Positions 25,490 to 32,000 of a stretch of DNA of 32,000 nucleotides are shown here, piece by piece. The first letter of the stretch is position 1, and each line of letters begins with the position of its first letter. The stretch covers positions 30,001 through 62,000 of the forward strand of contig NZ_JBHSTI010000008.1 in NCBI RefSeq assembly GCF_042660085.1. Direction: 5' to 3'. This DNA comes from Longivirga aurantiaca. GTDB taxonomy: Bacteria; Actinomycetota; Actinomycetes; S36-B12; CAIYMF01. The notes under the pieces were generated by a model that had not been told where the DNA came from, made no database searches, and was given only the letters and a program-made list of their open reading frames with translations. The position numbers and the translations under genes were made by a program.

Positions 25490-25541
25490 CGATTCGGTAG
25501 TGGTATCTCGCGCTCTGCCGCGAGATACCACTACCAAATCG
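25490..25541. repeat. Palindromic element copy B (3' of the transglutaminase gene, 5' of tesB)
   Basis: CGATT-c-GGTAGTGGTATCTCGCG (25490-25512), loop ctctgc, CGCGAGATACCACTACC-a-AATCG (25519-25541). That is 22 paired positions. It has the same conserved ends as 185-240, and its central 5-nt stem block differs from copy A by three compensated pairs. Confidence 0.8.
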
Positions 25542-25543
25542 GG

Positions 25544-26401
25544 TCAGACGGCGAGCTGGGTGATCTCGACGGTGACGCCGAGGCTCTCGCTCGCACCGCC
25601 GGCGTAGATGCCCTTCAGCGGCGGGACGTCGGCGTAGTCGCGACCGCGGGCCACGACGACGTGCGCCGACCCGACGGTGCGGTCGTTGGTGGGGTCGAAC
25701 GCCTCCCAGCCGCCGTTCCACACCTCGACCCACGCGTGGCTCTCGCCGACGACGGTGCGCCCGGGGGTCTCCTCCTCGTCGTGGAGGTAGCCGCTCACAT
25801 AGCGCGCGGGGATGCGCAGCGAGCGCAGGAGCGAGAGCAGGGTGTGCGAGTAGTCCTGGCAGACGCCGCCGCCGATCGCCCACGCCTGCGCGGCCGTCGT
25901 GCGGACGCCCGTCGCGGAGTCGTCGTACCGGATCCGCGCGCGGGTCGCGTCGACGGCGCCGTGGATCGCTTCCTTCGGGGTGGCCAGCGCGCGCAACGAC
26001 TCGATGATCCCCGCCCGTTCGGGATCGGTGGCCGCGTCGTCGACGAGGTCCGTCGGCACGAGGAACTCGCCCCACCGGTCGAGGACTGCGGGGGCTGTGA
26101 CCTCGTTCCATCCGACGCCGTCGAGCTCGGGCGCACCGCGCGGCACGTCGACGAGCGACGTCGCGACGATCTCGAGCATGTCGTGCTCCTCGTGCACGTC
26201 GAACGACTGCACGAGCGCGCCCCAGTAGTCGACGTACGCCTGCACCGAGGCGCGCGGCGACACCTGCAGCTGGTGCGAGAGCAGCATCTGCCCGTCGGCG
26301 TCGCGAGGCGTCATGCGGACCTCGTTGAACGAGGCCTGCACGGGGGCTGTGTAGCGGTAGCCCGTGCGGTGCGTGATGCGCAGGCGGCGTCCGGTCGACA
26401 T
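25544..26401 (-). CDS. Transglutaminase-like cysteine peptidase family protein
   Basis: 285 aa from ATG 26401. The catalytic triad context is GVCQDYSH, ESHAWVEVW and FDPTN. The start overlaps the alpha-E stop by 1 nt (TGATG). Confidence 0.88.
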   Translation of the reverse strand: MSTGRRLRITHRTGYRYTAPVQASFNEVRMTPRDADGQMLLSHQLQVSPRASVQAYVDYWGALVQSFDVHEEHDMLEIVATSLVDVPRGAPELDGVGWNEVTAPAVLDRWGEFLVPTDLVDDAATDPERAGIIESLRALATPKEAIHGAVDATRARIRYDDSATGVRTTAAQAWAIGGGVCQDYSHTLLSLLRSLRIPARYVSGYLHDEEETPGRTVVGESHAWVEVWNGGWEAFDPTNDRTVGSAHVVVARGRDYADVPPLKGIYAGGASESLGVTVEITQLAV

Positions 26402-27302
26402 CAGTAGCTCCACACGATCGTGCCGGCCTGGCGGAAGTACGAGTCGGCCGTGGCGAGGCCCGCGTTGACGGCCGACAGCTGGGTGTCGTGCGCGAGCTGG
26501 TCGAGCAGGCCCGGGTCCTCGTTCGTGCCGGCGAACTCGAGCCGCGAGCGCATGAGGCCCACCTCGCGCACGAGGTCGCCGTCGGCACCGCTGCCGTAGG
26601 TCTGCAGGCCGCGCACCGCCTCCTCGGCCTGCCGGGCGCTGTGGAGCATCGAGCGCGGGAAGGTCGGGTCGAGCACGAGGAAGCGTCGGACCATGTCGCC
26701 CGTGGGCGCCTCGCCCGTACGGAGGAACGGCGAGAGCCCTGCGGCTGCACGGAGGGTGGCGACCGGGCCGGTGTCGGGCCAGAGCTGCTCGTGCCGCACC
26801 TCGAGCAGTCGGCCGGTCATGTCGACCCGCTCGAGCGAGCGGCCCAGCATGAGGAACCCGTGGCCCTCGTCGCGCGACATCGTCCACTCGATGGCGCCGT
26901 TGACGACCATGAGGCGCTCGATCACGCGGTACATGGACGGCCCCGGGCTGGCCGCGGCCATCAGCCCGCGCGTCAGCGTGAGGTAGGCGCCGTTCAGCGA
27001 CTCGAAGACGTCGCCCGACAGCGCGTCACGCACCGACCGGGCGTTCTCGCGCGCTGCCCCGACGGCGCCGATGACGGTCGACGGGTTGCTGACGTCGCCC
27101 AGCAGGGCGCGCACGAGCTCGGTCGGCGTGGTGACGTCGTCGTGGGGGAGCGTGAGCGCGTCGAGCACCACGGTCGCGGCGAGCTCGTCCGGCACCGACC
27201 GGTCCTCCACCGTCAGGTGGTAGTGCTCGGCGAGCAGACGGGCCGTGGCCTCGGCGCGCTCGAGGTAGCGGCCGATCCAGTAGAACGACTCGGCGAGGCG
27301 GC

Positions 27303-27309
<7 letters not shown>
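26401..27309 (-). CDS. Alpha-E domain protein (COG2307-type)
   Basis: 302 aa. The N-terminus MLSRLAESFYWIGRYLERAE is the canonical alpha-E opening. Confidence 0.88.
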
Positions 27310-28949
<1,640 letters not shown>

Positions 28950-29105
28950 GGGGCGAAGTGTGCCCCTCTCGTGTTACCGCGTGCATGCTCATCGGTGTCA
29001 CCGGTGTTTCCCCGCTGCCCCGTCGGCCCGGGGAGGGCGGGGCCGCGGCGGACCGCCCGGTCCCCGCGCCGCTGCCCCTGACCTGCGGGGACGCCGCTGA
29101 GATCG

Positions 29106-31109
29106 ATGCGCAGGGGGACTCCCGCAACCAGTGCCCCGCGGTCCACAATGGATCCCATGTCACCGGTTACACCCTCGGGAGCTCGGGCCGACGTGGCCGA
29201 CCTCGTGGCCGCCGCCCTCGCCGCCCGGAAGGCGAGCACCTATCCCGGCGCGGCCGACCTCCTGGCCCGTGCCCGGCGGTGGGGGCCCGACCTGTCGGCC
29301 GGTGTCCACGCGGTGTTCGGCCCGCAGTCCGAGGGGCTCGTCCGCCGGCTCGCCGAGGTCGTCGTGGACGGCTGGCTCGCCCGGCCCGAGGCGCTGCGCG
29401 AGCGCGACGTGGACCGGCTGCTGCGCCCGGACTGGTTCCAGGGCCCGGATGCGCTCGGCTACGTCTGCTACGCCGACCGGTTCGCCGGCACCCTCGCCGG
29501 CGTCACGGAGCACGTCGACTACCTCCGTGAGCTGGGCACGACGTACCTGCACCTGATGCCGCTGCTGGCGCCGCGGGAGGGCGCCAACGACGGCGGGTAC
29601 GCCGTGGCCGACTACCGATCGGTGCGCTCGGACCTCGGCACGATGGACGACCTCGAGAAGCTCGCGGCGGTGCTGCACGACAACGGCATCGCGCTCACGA
29701 TCGACCTGGTCCTCAACCACGTCGCGGCCGAGCACGAGTGGGCGGCGGCAGCGCGGGCGGGCGATCCGAGGTACCGCGCGTACTTCCACGTGTTCGACGA
29801 CCGCGCCGAGCCCGACCGCTTCGAGCGCACGCTGCCCGAGGTCTTCCCCGACTTCGCGCCGGGCAACTTCACGTGGGACGACGAGATCGACGGCTGGGTC
29901 TGGACGACGTTCAACTCGTACCAGTGGGACCTCAACTGGTCGAACCCGGACGTGGTCACCGAGTTCGCCGACCTCGTGCTGTTCCTCGCCAACAAGGGTG
30001 TCGACTGCCTGCGCCTCGACGCGATCGCGTTCCTCTGGAAGCGGCTCGGCACCAACTGCCAGAACCAGCCCGAGGTGCACGGCATCACGCGAGCGCTGCG
30101 CGCCGTGGCGCGGATCGCGGCGCCGTCGCTGGTGTTCAAGGCCGAGGCGATCGTGGCACCGGGCGACCTCGTGAAGTACCTCGGCGTCGGCGAGTACGCC
30201 GGCTCGGTGTCAGACCTGGCGTACCACAACAGCCTCATGGTGCAGATCTGGTCGGCGCTCGCCACCAACGACGCCCGCCTTCTCGTGCGGGCGCTCGACA
30301 GCTTCCCGCCCAAGCCGACCACGACCGCGTGGGCGACGTACCTCCGCTGCCACGACGACATCGGCTGGGCCATCGACGACGCCGACGCGGCGGCGATCGG
30401 TTGGAACGGCTACGACCACAGGCGGTTCCTGTCGCAGTGGTTCGTCGGCGCGTTCCCCGGGAGCCCGGCGCGCGGCGCGGAGTTCCAGGTGAACGAGGCG
30501 ACGGGCGACAGCCGCATCTCCGGGAGCGCGGCGTCGCTCGCGGGCGTCGAGACGGCGCTCGCGTCCAACGATGCCGCCCGCCTCGAGATCGCGCTGCGCC
30601 GTCTGCGCTGCGCCTACGCCGTCGTGTACGGCTTCGGCGGGATCCCGCTGCTCTACATGGGCGACGAGCTTGCGCTGCTCAACGACCACTCGTACCTCGA
30701 CGAGCCGGCGCATGCCGAGGACAACCGCTGGATGCATCGTCCGAAGATGCCGTGGGACAGGGTGTCTCGACGCACCGACCCGTATGCGCTCGAGGGCCGG
30801 ATGCACGGCGTGATCAAGCACCTCGGCGAGGTGCGCCGGTCGCTTCCGTCGCTGCACGCCGCGGTCGAGTCCGAGACCGCGCTCACGTCCAACCCGTCGG
30901 TCCTCGCGGTGCAGCGCCGGCACGCCGCCGGCGACCTCGTGCAGCTCTACAACTTCTCCGGCGACTGGCAGCGCATCGACGACTCGGCGCTCGGCTCGAT
31001 CCGGCACACCGACGTCGTCGACCATCTGACCGGCGGCACGCCGTTGCGCGAGGACGGCCAGGTCGTGCTCGAGCCGTACGCCGCCCTCTGGCTCACCACC
31101 CGCACCTGA
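29106..31109 (+). CDS. Amylosucrase (GH13 alpha-amylase family)
   Basis: It is nearly colinear with my recollection of Neisseria amylosucrase: YLHLMPL, NDGGYAVADYR, LNHVAAEHEWA, WVWTTFNSYQWDLNWSNP, GVDCLRLDAIAFLWK, FKAEAIV, RCHDDIGW. The start is uncertain (ATG 29106, 29148 or 29157). Confidence 0.9.
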   Translation: MRRGTPATSAPRSTMDPMSPVTPSGARADVADLVAAALAARKASTYPGAADLLARARRWGPDLSAGVHAVFGPQSEGLVRRLAEVVVDGWLARPEALRERDVDRLLRPDWFQGPDALGYVCYADRFAGTLAGVTEHVDYLRELGTTYLHLMPLLAPREGANDGGYAVADYRSVRSDLGTMDDLEKLAAVLHDNGIALTIDLVLNHVAAEHEWAAAARAGDPRYRAYFHVFDDRAEPDRFERTLPEVFPDFAPGNFTWDDEIDGWVWTTFNSYQWDLNWSNPDVVTEFADLVLFLANKGVDCLRLDAIAFLWKRLGTNCQNQPEVHGITRALRAVARIAAPSLVFKAEAIVAPGDLVKYLGVGEYAGSVSDLAYHNSLMVQIWSALATNDARLLVRALDSFPPKPTTTAWATYLRCHDDIGWAIDDADAAAIGWNGYDHRRFLSQWFVGAFPGSPARGAEFQVNEATGDSRISGSAASLAGVETALASNDAARLEIALRRLRCAYAVVYGFGGIPLLYMGDELALLNDHSYLDEPAHAEDNRWMHRPKMPWDRVSRRTDPYALEGRMHGVIKHLGEVRRSLPSLHAAVESETALTSNPSVLAVQRRHAAGDLVQLYNFSGDWQRIDDSALGSIRHTDVVDHLTGGTPLREDGQVVLEPYAALWLTTRT

Positions 31110-31174
31110 CCGGCGCCCCCGGTGTGCGCGATGCTGCGGGCCTTCATCGAAGTCCCCGCTCCAGGCGCAGGGCC

Positions 31175-31699
31175 TCAGACGTGGCCGGAGTCCTCGATCT
31201 CGGACTCGGCTGCGGCCTCGTGCTCGAGCTGGCGCGCGAACGAGGCATGGATCTCGGCCTCGGCGTCCGTGCGGCCGGCCCAGGTGGCGCCCTCGACGCT
31301 CTTGCCGGGCTCGAGGTCCTTGTAGACCTCGAAGAAGTGCTGGATCTCGAGGCGGTCGAACTCGGCCACGTGGTGGATGTCGCGCAGGTGCTCGAGGCGA
31401 GGGTCGCCCGAGGGCACGCAGAGCACCTTGTCGTCGCCGCCGGCCTCGTCGGTCATCCGGAACATCCCGATCGCGCGGCACTTGATGAGGCAGCCGGGGA
31501 AGGTCGGCTCCTGCAGCAGGACCATCGCGTCGAGCGGGTCGCCGTCCTGGCCGAGGGTGCCTTCGATGTAGCCGTAGTCGTGGGGGTAGCGCGTCGAGGT
31601 GAACAGCATCCGGTCGAGGCGGATGCGACCGGTGAGGTGGTCGACCTCGTACTTGTTGCGCGAGCCGGCGGGGATCTCGATCAGGACGTCGAACTCCAC
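31175..31699 (-). CDS. ppa: Inorganic pyrophosphatase (family I)
   Basis: 174 aa from GTG 31699, with AGGAG 7 nt upstream. [22 protein letters not shown] and DDKVLCVP are present. Confidence 0.95.
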   Translation of the reverse strand: MEFDVLIEIPAGSRNKYEVDHLTGRIRLDRMLFTSTRYPHDYGYIEGTLGQDGDPLDAMVLLQEPTFPGCLIKCRAIGMFRMTDEAGGDDKVLCVPSGDPRLEHLRDIHHVAEFDRLEIQHFFEVYKDLEPGKSVEGATWAGRTDAEAEIHASFARQLEHEAAAESEIEDSGHV

Positions 31700-31907
31700 G
31701 GGGGCACTCCTGCGGTCGGTGTCACGAGCGGGAAGGTCGACACGGCCGGATGCCCGGACGCCGTCGTCCGTCGCCTAGTGTTCCGTACGCGGACCCCCAT
31801 GCGTGACCACGCCCGCGACCTCGGGTGACCGGGATCACGGACGGCCGCCGCAGCACGGCGTCCCGCAGCGATGACGACGTCCCCCGAGCGACCCCGAAGG
31901 ACCCCTC

Positions 31908-32000
31908 GTGAGCAGCGCCCGACGACCCGCCCTCGCGGCGGCGTGCGCGCTCGCCCTGGCTCTGCCCGTGCTCGTCGGCGGCTCGGCCGCAGGCGCCCCG
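31908..32000 (+). CDS. 5' end of a secreted protein (signal peptide only; position next to ppa suggests a DacB-type D-Ala-D-Ala carboxypeptidase, but this is unproven)
   Basis: From GTG 31908 the sequence reads VSSARRPALAAACALALALPVLVGGSAAGAP, which has high GC3 and is signal-peptide-like. It is truncated by the window edge. The product guess rests only on the synteny (ppa-dacB-tilS-hpt-ftsH) recalled from other actinobacteria. Confidence 0.35.
   Translation, partial: MSSARRPALAAACALALALPVLVGGSAAGAP

Noticed and set aside
24588-26750. Composite ORFs that seem to make giant proteins. Examples: 24588..26750, 25544..26887, 5462..7384, 6034..7731, 2385..3914, 9990..11690, 11117..12715, 18538..20157, 21518..22990.
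   Set aside because: Only the 3' part of each is a real gene (tesB, transglutaminase, TetR, alkB, tusE-like, permease, ureohydrolase, lipoprotein, NTPase). The 5' extensions run through neighbouring genes in the wrong frame and lack sensible starts or SD sequences.
27219-27225. Extra GGTAGTG matches at 27219-27225 and 28565-28571, considered as possible further copies of the palindromic element.
   Set aside because: Both lie inside coding sequence, where on the coding strand they encode His-Tyr-His. Neither has a partner CCACTACC arm or the flanking conserved sequence.
29040-29060. G-runs (GGGGAGGGCGGGG...) in the ATP-grasp/amylosucrase divergent region, considered as a G-quadruplex.
   Set aside because: Only three solid G-runs are present, and such runs are expected by composition in DNA this GC-rich. 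There is no supporting symmetry or repetition.
31871-32000. ATG at 31871 as the start of the last gene.
   Set aside because: That frame gives an Arg-rich nonsense-like peptide. The frame starting at GTG 31908 gives a classical signal peptide with high GC3.

Overview
This is a high-GC (roughly 70% or more by eye) chromosomal segment, compositionally and by gene content typical of Actinomycetota. Coding is dense, with about 31 protein genes on both strands. I found no rRNA, tRNA, CRISPR array, IS element, transposase, integrase or phage gene. All product calls rest on motifs I recognise by eye; no database search was run.

Gene content, left to right:
- M20-type amidohydrolase (3' end only)
- GCS2-type carboxylate-amine ligase plus a small unknown ORF
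- Sulfur-oxidation/relay operon: SQR-like flavoprotein, TusE/DsrC-like, DsrE2-like
- Class-IV aminotransferase
- AlkB-rubredoxin fusion (alkane hydroxylase) with a translationally coupled TetR regulator
- Small PLDc_N membrane protein
- SulP/STAS anion transporter
- TetR with a divergent NCS1 permease and an arginase-family ureohydrolase
- DGPF/YCII protein plus an ECF42-type sigma factor
- Phosphoketolase and acetate kinase
- WhiB with a divergent TetR
- Lipoprotein with a molybdopterin-oxidoreductase-like fold, coupled to a membrane GAF-GGDEF cyclase
- Orphan ORC/STAND-like NTPase with a wHTH
- PLP decarboxylase
- TesB thioesterase
- Circularly permuted ATP-grasp / alpha-E / transglutaminase triad
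- Amylosucrase
- Inorganic pyrophosphatase
- Start of a secreted protein

I do not see a clear-cut new system. The best candidates for follow-up are:
1. Two copies of a ~55-bp palindromic element with compensatory stem substitutions. Their homology continues into the stop codons of two different amidoligase-type loci (GCS2 and the ATP-grasp/alpha-E/transglutaminase operon).
2. The biochemically uncharacterised ATP-grasp/alpha-E/transglutaminase operon itself.
3. The SQR-TusE-DsrE2 operon, which has a CsoR/CstR-like operator but no regulator in view.
4. The lipoprotein-GGDEF pair plus the adjacent orphan NTPase.

Several AT-rich palindromic operators stand out sharply against the GC-rich background.
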